DNA from: a virus
Lineage: Duplodnaviria > Caudoviricetes
Virus record (IMG/VR): IMGVR_UViG_3300024331_000007
Location: 256,001-320,000 of that record
Strand: one strand, 5' to 3'
DNA length: 64,000 nucleotides
Shown: positions 8,280 through 15,907 of the stretch, piece by piece
Numbering within the stretch: position 1 is the first letter of the stretch
Layout: each line of letters starts with the position of its first letter
Made by a program: the position numbers and the translations under genes
Notes under the pieces: generated by a model
The model's input: only the letters and a program-made list of their open reading frames with translations
The model's database searches: none
Told to the model about the DNA's origin: nothing

Positions 8280-8319
8280 ACAATTTGTGTATGTCAACCG
8301 ATAGCAAAGGATTGAAGCA

Positions 8320-8598
8320 ATGACTGATCTATTTTCGGCAACGATCAAGCAATACATCTACGGAACATCAGGAACTGAACTTCCGCCGCCTGTTGAAAAA
8401 GTAAAGTCAACGACATTTTTATCTTTGCCAACTGAGACGAAAGAAGAATTCGAGCGCAAAGTCCAAGAATACGGCATGGCACTGCGCATCAAAGCTGCCA
8501 ATGTTACTCCACGGCCATATAGTCAACGAGATGGAATTGATTGGTCTATATCATGTATTGAACCTCGACCTTATGATTTTGATAGCAACGCGGAGTAA
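8320..8598 (+). CDS. Hypothetical protein
   Basis: 92-aa ORF filling the operon. Confidence 0.65.
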   Translation: MTDLFSATIKQYIYGTSGTELPPPVEKVKSTTFLSLPTETKEEFERKVQEYGMALRIKAANVTPRPYSQRDGIDWSISCIEPRPYDFDSNAE

Positions 8599-8604
8599 TC
8601 GTTT

Positions 8605-8844
8605 ATGTCTCAGCATAGCTCCGCTAAACAATTTGTGCAATCCCTTTACCCATCTGCGATATGCAAGTGGGTAAAGGTGCTTCCGAATGAGTTTGTGATT
8701 ACCGTTTCGTTTGCTGAATGGAACGGCTTTGAAAGTCGCCAATATAAAACAGTTGAATTGGAATGGGCAACAACTGCGATTGGCGCATGGTGCGCAATGC
8801 GCGAACTAATCAATGCGAAGATTATGGAGAAACTAAACTCGTGA
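8605..8844 (+). CDS. Family B small protein
   Basis: KQFVQSLYPSA...GAWCAMRELINAKIMEKLNS. Confidence 0.85.
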   Translation: MSQHSSAKQFVQSLYPSAICKWVKVLPNEFVITVSFAEWNGFESRQYKTVELEWATTAIGAWCAMRELINAKIMEKLNS

Positions 8845-9164
8845 TCGACAAAAAGATTCGCCCACTGCCGAAAAGACTTTCGAAGTTTCAAAGGATTGTT
8901 CTGGCGTCGTATCCAAACGCCCGAATCGGAAGTGCCGATGCTGTCAAGGAAACAATGAAACCTTATTGGGATCGCAAGTCTGGATTTGAGATGTTTGACA
9001 GCTTTGGTAAAACTTCGAAGTGGGCAATTTATACAGAGCCAGAAAGTGATCGAATTACAATCTTAGTTAACGTGATTGGCGTGAGTTCTAGCTCACAATC
9101 GAAGGCATGGGAAGATGCTTGCAACGTAATGGGCGCATTCATGTTGATGAAATTGGAGAAATAA
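8841..9164 (+). CDS. Family B protein with internal insertion
   Basis: GTG start 8841; IVLASYPNA...KAWEDACNVMGAFMLMKLEK. Confidence 0.8.
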   Translation: MIDKKIRPLPKRLSKFQRIVLASYPNARIGSADAVKETMKPYWDRKSGFEMFDSFGKTSKWAIYTEPESDRITILVNVIGVSSSSQSKAWEDACNVMGAFMLMKLEK

Positions 9165-9592
9165 TGGAAAAGTCCGTAATCTCGTCAGAACAAATGGATA
9201 ACTTGTGCTTTGCCAGCTATCAACTATTGCAGGCGATGAGTAATGTTTATGGTTCCGATCCTGCCTATGAAATGTTCCTCAAACTTGAGGAAGTACTAGG
9301 ACCTGAGGTTAAGGGCAATCTATTTTTGAAGATGTTAGACAGCCAATACACAGGTGCTGGCCCTATGCATTTCAAATTTCCAAATGGTCAGTGTGGAAAC
9401 GCCATTCTCATGATTCGAGGCGTCCGTGAATTTTCAGTTGACAAATATGGAAACAAATGGAGTCTGAAGGACGCCAAAGATGTTATCGACACGTCGAGGT
9501 TTGGTGGTATCGGAACAATTCATTTCATAACAGTTGGCGAGCGTAACGAATTTATCAAGCTGTTGAAGTCTAATAACGGCGTGACCATATGA
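9164..9592 (+). CDS. Protein with ribosomal L7/L12 C-terminal-domain-like motif
   Basis: ILMIRGVREFS...WSLKDAKDVID resembles the bL12 CTD IKxVRxxTGLGLKEAKxLVE; start 9164 with GGAG SD. Confidence 0.65.
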   Translation: MEKSVISSEQMDNLCFASYQLLQAMSNVYGSDPAYEMFLKLEEVLGPEVKGNLFLKMLDSQYTGAGPMHFKFPNGQCGNAILMIRGVREFSVDKYGNKWSLKDAKDVIDTSRFGGIGTIHFITVGERNEFIKLLKSNNGVTI

Positions 9593-9822
9593 GTCCGAAC
9601 GAAACAATTGTGAAGGCAGTCTATCCGAATGCAGAAATTCGGGAAGTAGCATCTGGAGTTTATCGAGTCTTTACGCAGCCAAGCGGATTTTCTAAAGATG
9701 GAGATTTGACTTTTAGCATTGGGCATTCTCTCGGCGCTTCATGTTTCACAGATACAGAAGACAAATGGAAGAATGCGGCAGATTCGATCAATTTCAAAAT
9801 GATGAGGGAACTTGAATTATGA
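9589..9822 (+). CDS. Family B small protein
   Basis: IVKAVYPNA...DKWKNAADSINFKMMRELEL. Confidence 0.85.
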   Translation: MSPNETIVKAVYPNAEIREVASGVYRVFTQPSGFSKDGDLTFSIGHSLGASCFTDTEDKWKNAADSINFKMMRELEL

Positions 9823-10031
9823 CACCAAAGCAAACAATTCAGCAAGTTTATCCACACGTAAATTGCCACAAAATAACATGGGCAATTGGATCGAACCTTC
9901 CCAGATTTCAAGTTTATGTAAATGGAATCTCAACTTCATTTGGAGTAACTCGTTACGCAGCATGGAAGGAAGCATTGGTTTGGTATAATAACGCCATTCA
10001 AAAACGGCTGCTGAGAAAGCTGGAATCATGA
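9819..10031 (+). CDS. Family B small protein
   Basis: IQQVYPHV...AAWKEAL...RLLRKLES. Confidence 0.85.
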   Translation: MTPKQTIQQVYPHVNCHKITWAIGSNLPRFQVYVNGISTSFGVTRYAAWKEALVWYNNAIQKRLLRKLES

Positions 10032-10273
10032 AAGAATATCTTCGTAATCACAATAATGTAACGATGTTTCTGAGTACGTGGGTTTCGTTTCCAATTTGTA
10101 TTCTTTTGGTTCATAACATGACCATTCCAGTAATGCCGTGGCATCTTTGTTTCAAGCTCGTTTTTCCAATGCTGGGATTTTGCTCAGTTGTATTTTTTCT
10201 GTTGGGTTGGATGACTGACGGAATGAATAGGCAGACCTTAAAGGAAGAATTTTTGCGGAAACTGGAATCGTAA
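10028..10273 (+). CDS. Two-TM membrane protein with family B tail
   Basis: Two hydrophobic segments, then KEEFLRKLES. Confidence 0.75.
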   Translation: MKEYLRNHNNVTMFLSTWVSFPICILLVHNMTIPVMPWHLCFKLVFPMLGFCSVVFFLLGWMTDGMNRQTLKEEFLRKLES

Positions 10274-10482
10274 TGTACAAAACAGAAAAATTCGTGAAGT
10301 CTGTTTTTCCAACTTCCAAAGCGTGTCCTTTATATGGAGGGACCTCGTTCATGATCGACGGATTTCCAGAAGGTTCAGGAATGAAACGATGGGACACATG
10401 GCATGAAACTGAACGAAAATCATGGAATGATGCAGCTAGACAGATACACAGAAATATGTTGAAGAAACTGGAGAATGCGTGA
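10273..10482 (+). CDS. Family B small protein
   Basis: KFVKSVFPTS...KSWNDAARQIHRNMLKKLENA. Confidence 0.85.
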   Translation: MYKTEKFVKSVFPTSKACPLYGGTSFMIDGFPEGSGMKRWDTWHETERKSWNDAARQIHRNMLKKLENA

Positions 10483-10688
10483 GCAAGGCTCAAAAATTCG
10501 TGAAGTCTCTTTATCCCGATGCGTACCTGCTAGAAACGCTATCACCTGTTGGCAATCATCGGTATCAGGTAGTGTACGATATTACTGGAACCTTTATGCC
10601 AACATGGTATTGGGCTAAAAAGAATGATGCATGGAAACAGGCTGAGTTAAGAATAAATCAGAGACTCATGGAGAAGCTAGAATCGTGA
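10479..10688 (+). CDS. Family B small protein
   Basis: KFVKSLYPDA...DAWKQAELRINQRLMEKLES. Confidence 0.85.
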   Translation: MSKAQKFVKSLYPDAYLLETLSPVGNHRYQVVYDITGTFMPTWYWAKKNDAWKQAELRINQRLMEKLES

Positions 10689-10894
10689 GAGCAAGGGATC
10701 AAGTTTTGGCGAGGTATCCAGATGCTGTGGTGTTCAAATCATCCGCCACCTGTATGTGGGAACTGTACTCAAAATTGAGAGCCAAACATTGCTTCAACGG
10801 ATTTATTGTTTGGGGATGTATGACTAAAGGATCGGCGTGGCAAGAAGGACTAGACTATCTTGACCGCGAACTTTTGAAGAAGTTGGAATCATGA
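10685..10894 (+). CDS. Family B small protein
   Basis: VLARYPDA...SAWQEGLDYLDRELLKKLES. Confidence 0.85.
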   Translation: MRARDQVLARYPDAVVFKSSATCMWELYSKLRAKHCFNGFIVWGCMTKGSAWQEGLDYLDRELLKKLES

Positions 10895-11130
10895 CAGATA
10901 AAGAATTTGTTCAAACCACATATCCCGATGCTGTAATGAGAACTAAAGATTTCTTTGGTCTTAACAAATTAGGCACTGACGAAAACATCTACGCAATTTT
11001 TCGCGGGGATCGAAAGAAAGCCAAACGAAACCATGCAATAACAATGTTCTGGACTAAGACGGAAGACGATGCATGGAAGCAAGCAGCCGCTTACCTACGA
11101 CAACAATTTTTGAAGAAGTTGGAATCATGA
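10891..11130 (+). CDS. Family B small protein
   Basis: MTDKEFVQTTYPDA...EDDAWKQAAAYLRQQFLKKLES. Confidence 0.85.
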   Translation: MTDKEFVQTTYPDAVMRTKDFFGLNKLGTDENIYAIFRGDRKKAKRNHAITMFWTKTEDDAWKQAAAYLRQQFLKKLES

Positions 11131-11327
11131 CTGATAAGCAGTTTGTACTCTCAATCCACGACGACGCATTTGCATCTGAGAGCAATATTTCGGGCTTCAT
11201 AGTAATCTATGACGATAACCTGCAATTCCACCAACTCAGTCAATACTGGATCATTGAAGAGGATGCGTGGAAGGATGCAGCAGATCGACTGAGGGAAAGA
11301 TTTCTGGAAAAATTGGAAAGCCAATGA
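11127..11327 (+). CDS. Family B small protein
   Basis: MTDKQFVLSIHDDA...EEDAWKDAADRLRERFLEKLESQ; start 11127. Confidence 0.85.
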   Translation: MTDKQFVLSIHDDAFASESNISGFIVIYDDNLQFHQLSQYWIIEEDAWKDAADRLRERFLEKLESQ

Positions 11328-11536
11328 CAGATAAGCAATTTGTAAAATCAGTTTGTCCGACTGCCCATCTGCGTAATACGCAGAAAAGTAAAACTGTTTT
11401 TTGGTATATTGACACTCGCCTAAAAGGTGCTTACTGGCCTAAAAAAATCTCAGGAGAGTTTATTATCAAGGGCGATGCGTGGAAACATGCAGCAGAAAGA
11501 CTTCGTATGGACATGTTAAGGAAACTTGAATCATGA
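11324..11536 (+). CDS. Family B small protein
   Basis: MTDKQFVKSVCPTA...DAWKHAAERLRMDMLRKLES; start 11324. Confidence 0.85.
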   Translation: MTDKQFVKSVCPTAHLRNTQKSKTVFWYIDTRLKGAYWPKKISGEFIIKGDAWKHAAERLRMDMLRKLES

Positions 11537-11775
11537 CGGAGGAAGCTGAACTCGCAAAACAGTTTGTGCTATCCATTTATGCTGGAGCTAAATTTGTGCG
11601 AAGAGAGGAGATGCCCAACATAGATGCATTCGCACCAACACCCGACGATTGCCAAATTATGGATGCGGATAGGCGTCATTCTTTAGCTATGAAATGGTCC
11701 TACAATGAAAATGATGCTTGGATTGACGCCCGAAATTTTATCAACTTCAAAATGATGCAGAGGTTGGAATCATGA
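11533..11775 (+). CDS. Family B small protein
   Basis: KQFVLSIYAGA...ENDAWIDARNFINFKMMQRLES. Confidence 0.85.
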   Translation: MTEEAELAKQFVLSIYAGAKFVRREEMPNIDAFAPTPDDCQIMDADRRHSLAMKWSYNENDAWIDARNFINFKMMQRLES

Positions 11776-11998
11776 ATCCGTTCGAAGCAGTTGATTACGT
11801 CCGAGGAATATATCCGTTTGCTTATTGCAAGGAAACCTTTTCCTATGGGAAAAGGGGTTTCGTTATTATGGACGCGGAACGCGGCTCAGGTCATGACGAA
11901 GAATTTTTAACTGGATGGAGCTATACCACAAGAGAACAGGCGTGGGTGAAGCTGTGAGATACATTCATCTCAACATGCTTAGGAAGTTTGAATCATGA
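11772..11998 (+). pseudogene. Frameshifted family B member (1-nt deletion near 11946, or sequencing error)
   Basis: ORF stops at 11957 after EQAWVKL; adding one base gives EQAWVEAVRYIHLNMLRKFES, ending at the ATGA junction 11995-11998. Confidence 0.75.
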
Positions 11999-12216
11999 CT
12001 GACAAGGAGTTTGTTATATCAGCTTATCCCAATGCCGAATGCGATGACAGTCGGCTATTATTTGACCGTAATGGCGTTTTCATGTATGCAATTTATTTGG
12101 CGGGTAGCAAACCTCGTTCAAGTATTTCGGCAATGTGGGCGGAATCCGAAGAACAGGCATGGAAGGAGGCAGCGGACATTATCAGATATGATCTTCTGAG
12201 GAAGTTTGAGTCATGA
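11995..12216 (+). CDS. Family B small protein
   Basis: MTDKEFVISAYPNA...SEEQAWKEAADIIRYDLLRKFES. Confidence 0.85.
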   Translation: MTDKEFVISAYPNAECDDSRLLFDRNGVFMYAIYLAGSKPRSSISAMWAESEEQAWKEAADIIRYDLLRKFES

Positions 12217-12413
12217 ACGAAGACATGGAATTTGTAAAACGATTGTATCCAACCGCAGTGTATGATTCTCATGCATTTTGGGTTTGTGCGGACACAATTG
12301 AGGCTGGTAAGAAACGCACATATATTTTAGGTATCGGTGGAAATGCAAAGAATGGTTGGACCCATGCAGCGCAACACCTTCGTAATAGGGTGTTGCGCCA
12401 ATTTGAAAGTTAA
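12213..12413 (+). CDS. Family B small protein
   Basis: FVKRLYPTA...GIGGNAKNGWTHAAQHLRNRVLRQFES. Confidence 0.85.
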   Translation: MNEDMEFVKRLYPTAVYDSHAFWVCADTIEAGKKRTYILGIGGNAKNGWTHAAQHLRNRVLRQFES

Positions 12414-13897
12414 CCAATCTTGAAACAGATTTTCCCACCGGGTCTTGACGATGCACTGTAGTTTTTTCGGCTGAAAAATTTAACTGTTCCTGTGAATACA
12501 GGTGGCCAAATTACTTGGAAGTTTGAGAACGATGCTCCATTACCAGTTTTCTTAACGCTCGTCTTAACTTGAAGCATATTGCTGCGGCTCAAAATCTCTC
12601 TGAAAAAGTCAGTCACAAATTTTGAGTTCTTATTCAAATGATCAGTGACTGAGTGAGCCACGATGGTTAGCAAATGATAACCAACTGTATAATTCGGACT
12701 GTTCACATTTGGATTTGTGACTGGATTTTTCAGCAATGCCTTTAGCTCTTTCGACAAATGCTTCTTATCCATATGAGGATCGGCGATTGCTCTTTTGATT
12801 TCATCACGCATTGCTGGAGTTATTATCTTATAAAGCACACCAAGGACCAGCGGCCCTTCTTCAGCAGATTTATCCTTCACAACTTTCATAACACTGAACA
12901 GGCTTTTGTACTTTCCGCTTTCCACTAAATCTTCGTATCGTTCTGGATTTCGTTCTATGGCAGAAGTTAAGCTTGTGATGCTTGCTGCTGCTCCGCCCTT
13001 TCCATCCTTGCTGCTGATACCAATCTTATCATTCTTCAGAATTAGATAACTATCAATCAAGGCTTCCCTGTCGCTCATTGGATATCCAATTAATTTGATC
13101 TTCCTCCAACTTGAACCCATTGGTTTCAGCAATTGATCCTCGACTTCTCTGTAATCTCCAGAAACAAAATGTCCTGTGAGTAGCGCGATAGGTGCGGCAA
13201 TTTCTCCAAGGCTAACTTCATATGATGTTGCATATTGGGCAGCATTGGCAACAGGTGTATCAAAACCAGCATATACGTTCTTTACTAGCTGAATAGATTG
13301 CTGACGAACGTCCTGTGGTATTTCTGTATGAGTTGGAAGATTCGTCTGAATTGTTTCCATAATCTCATCAACGGTCATGTATCTGCCGTCACCCACAACG
13401 ACGCTTGGGGTGAGATTCAGGTCAGTTTTTTGTTGTACGTTGTCGTTAATTGAATAACCAGTGTCTCTGGCAAAATCGCTGTTGCTCCAAAAGAATGGAA
13501 CAGCACCAGCACTTTTTGTATTGAATAATTTTACAAATGCAACTGTCTCGCCTCTGCCATTCTTCCATAGAGTAACAAGGGCTGCTCGACCATTCGTATT
13601 AACCAAATTCCAATTTGCATTTGAGATTCTTGCTTTCTTTTGATATTGCGCAAGAACATCCATAACTTTCATGTAACCAGTTTTCAGTAGCTTTTTCTGC
13701 TCTGCTGGCGGAAGTTTACGGGCCTGTTTTGGCAGGGCTTCAATCGTGTCGTTTTCATAAAATGCGGCATCTTCGGGGAAAATAGCATTGCCGATGGCAG
13801 TTATCTTATGCCCGTCTTTGTCGGTGAATACAGCCGACTCCTGTGAGCGGACATATATTCCACGACTTCCAGCTTCTAGTAGTTGATGATATTTCAT
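12410..13897 (-). CDS. Putative capsid-targeted protein with possible PD-(D/E)xK-like nuclease motif
   Basis: N-terminus MKYHQLLE resembles the T4 capsid-targeting sequence; LGE...LIDSY...IGISSK; late promoter 5 nt upstream. CDS is certain, function is inferred. Confidence 0.6.
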   Translation of the reverse strand: MKYHQLLEAGSRGIYVRSQESAVFTDKDGHKITAIGNAIFPEDAAFYENDTIEALPKQARKLPPAEQKKLLKTGYMKVMDVLAQYQKKARISNANWNLVNTNGRAALVTLWKNGRGETVAFVKLFNTKSAGAVPFFWSNSDFARDTGYSINDNVQQKTDLNLTPSVVVGDGRYMTVDEIMETIQTNLPTHTEIPQDVRQQSIQLVKNVYAGFDTPVANAAQYATSYEVSLGEIAAPIALLTGHFVSGDYREVEDQLLKPMGSSWRKIKLIGYPMSDREALIDSYLILKNDKIGISSKDGKGGAAASITSLTSAIERNPERYEDLVESGKYKSLFSVMKVVKDKSAEEGPLVLGVLYKIITPAMRDEIKRAIADPHMDKKHLSKELKALLKNPVTNPNVNSPNYTVGYHLLTIVAHSVTDHLNKNSKFVTDFFREILSRSNMLQVKTSVKKTGNGASFSNFQVIWPPVFTGTVKFFSRKNYSASSRPGGKICFKIG

Positions 13898-13902
13898 ACC
13901 CG

Positions 13903-13969
13903 TATTTATTCCTTTTCGTTAACTTCCCAATTCCTATTTATTACACCCTATTGCCCATTATCATAAATA
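13903..13969. promoter_or_regulatory. Divergent gp55-type late promoters (TAAATA)
   Basis: TAAATA on minus at 13908-13903 and 13940-13935, and on plus at 13964-13969. Confidence 0.7.
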
Positions 13970-13984
13970 GAAAAGAGGGTTACG

Positions 13985-14950
13985 ATGAGGATTTCAGAAA
14001 TTATCAATGAAGGTGGTCATGTTTTTGCCGAAAAAACCACTGCAATCAAGCGAGAGGATATCGCGCCGACTTTAGCAGCCTACTTTAAGGAGCTAAAGCA
14101 ATTATTTCCTAAGAAGGCGTCCATTTTTTCCACGGAATACTTCATCCCACTCGGTTCTGTTGGTAAAAAGCCAGTATCAGGCGATATAGATTTGGGTATT
14201 GATGCAAGTACAATTCTTGATAAGACCATGAGCGATACATCTGTTGCAGCATGGAATATTGATCCGAAGCAACTCCAAAAAGAGTTTGAAATTTTACAAA
14301 AGAGAGCTAGATCGTCGTCTCCAGAACAACTCCGAATGAAAGCTTTCCTTAAACTTCTAACCAAATTTCTGAATGCACGATCAAATAACATTGAGTCCAG
14401 TGAAAAGAAAGTAACAACGGGAAACATGTTTACGCTATTCCCACAAGTTACTGCATCTGGCAAAGGAAACGATAAGGGAGTTCAAATCGATTGGATGATT
14501 GGTAATTTAAATTGGCTGAAGTTTTCCTATTATTCTTCTGAATATCCCGAAGGTTCCAATGTAAAGGGGCTGCATCGCACTCAACTGTTGCTCTCTGCTT
14601 TTCAGACGGCTAATCTAGCATTTGATCACGTATCTGGTGTTAAGGACAAGGAGACTGGGAAGATTTTGGCAACCGATCCAGATACAGCATTAAAGGCTCT
14701 TGGAAAACGGTTGGGTTTTGCTATTCCAATTGAGGATGTTGAGAATTTCTATAAGCTGAACGATCTACTTGCAAAAAACATGACACCTCAACAGTATCGT
14801 GAAACTCTTGATAGATACTACAGAACATTGGATTCAACTCGCGCTGATATTCCAGATAATCTTCAAAAGGATTGGCTGACACGAAAGGACGCGCTCAACC
14901 TAACAGGGGCGTTTCTTCCTGATACTTCAAATCTACAGAGATACTTATGA
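13985..14950 (+). CDS. Pol-beta superfamily nucleotidyltransferase, putatively capsid-targeted
   Basis: LGSVGKKPVSGDIDL (hGS..DhD) and third Asp in GVQIDW; N-terminus MRISEIINE. Confidence 0.75.
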   Translation: MRISEIINEGGHVFAEKTTAIKREDIAPTLAAYFKELKQLFPKKASIFSTEYFIPLGSVGKKPVSGDIDLGIDASTILDKTMSDTSVAAWNIDPKQLQKEFEILQKRARSSSPEQLRMKAFLKLLTKFLNARSNNIESSEKKVTTGNMFTLFPQVTASGKGNDKGVQIDWMIGNLNWLKFSYYSSEYPEGSNVKGLHRTQLLLSAFQTANLAFDHVSGVKDKETGKILATDPDTALKALGKRLGFAIPIEDVENFYKLNDLLAKNMTPQQYRETLDRYYRTLDSTRADIPDNLQKDWLTRKDALNLTGAFLPDTSNLQRYL

Positions 14951-15870
14951 TTATAGAATCAGGCGTAACAGGTGCGGAACGAATTAGAAATAGAGCCGAC
15001 TTTGCTCAGTTTGTGAAGTCGTATACACAGGTAATTTCCAAATTTCCCGGTTTTGTGAGCCTGCGCCCTTCTGGAAGCTATAATTCTGACATGAACAAAA
15101 AAGATTTTGGTGACATTGATCTTATTGTTCATATTGAATCTGATAAGCCCAAGCCTGTTGTGAAGAAAGAACTGCAACGATTCTTTGATGCTATGCCCCA
15201 GACTGTTATTGTTCCGTTTACCTCTCCAAAGCATATTGGAAAGAGAACATACAATGCAGGAGAACTTGTCTCTGTTCGTTATCACGATAGCAAGCTGGGT
15301 TACAGTGTTCAAATCGATAATATTGTTGCTCTTACGGCTCTTGAGTCCGATTTTAAGGAACGATTCCTAAATTTTCGGGCAGAAGAACAGGGTATATTGA
15401 TGGGTTTGGTTAAAATTGCGGCCATTGAAACCGATCCAGCTATATTGTTTAAGAAATTAGGCATCAGAAATCCGGGTCCATTAGGACCAAGACAAGAATA
15501 CGAATTTAATCTCAGTGGAACAGATTTGCAACTCCGCAAAGTAACATACGAACCAAACTCGTACAAAGAAATAAAACGAGAAATACTCTGGCGTACAACT
15601 GACTTCAATGCTGTGGCCAAGTTGCTGTATCAGTACGATATTACCGCGAACTTTGATAGTTTAATTGCTCAGGCAAAAGCCAAAGCGAAGAATCCTCGCA
15701 GTAAGTTTAGACTACCGGGTGTTTTTAATTCAATGATTACTGTAAAGAGCGGCGAGGTTGGAACCCAAAAGGGACAAGGAAAAATCGACGCTCAAAACAA
15801 ACTCGCAGATACTTTTGAATCGCATTTCGGTCTTATCTATCGCGCAATTGTTCTCTGTGAAAAATTCTAG
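14947..15870 (+). CDS. Second Pol-beta superfamily nucleotidyltransferase
   Basis: SGSYNSDMNKKDFGDIDL and SVQIDN; ATGA-coupled to the first NTase. Confidence 0.75.
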   Translation: MIIESGVTGAERIRNRADFAQFVKSYTQVISKFPGFVSLRPSGSYNSDMNKKDFGDIDLIVHIESDKPKPVVKKELQRFFDAMPQTVIVPFTSPKHIGKRTYNAGELVSVRYHDSKLGYSVQIDNIVALTALESDFKERFLNFRAEEQGILMGLVKIAAIETDPAILFKKLGIRNPGPLGPRQEYEFNLSGTDLQLRKVTYEPNSYKEIKREILWRTTDFNAVAKLLYQYDITANFDSLIAQAKAKAKNPRSKFRLPGVFNSMITVKSGEVGTQKGQGKIDAQNKLADTFESHFGLIYRAIVLCEKF

Positions 15871-15899
15871 TTGCGCTGCATCAACATAACTGATACTCT
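15871..15899 (+). promoter_or_regulatory. Possible sigma70-type promoter
   Basis: TTGCGC, 17 bp, TGaTACTCT, 8 nt before ATG 15908. Confidence 0.45.
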
Positions 15900-15907
15900 T
15901 ATAGAGT

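Noticed and set aside
871-12413. CRISPR array or diversity-generating retroelement as the explanation for the regular ~210-nt periodicity
   Set aside because: The repeats are degenerate coding junctions between intact ORFs, not fixed repeat-spacer units. No RT, no TR/VR pair with adenine-only differences, and no cas genes are in the window.
871-12413. True integron (attC cassettes)
   Set aside because: Genes overlap by ATGA with no intergenic attC-like palindromes, and no tyrosine recombinase is in the window. Kept only as an analogy.
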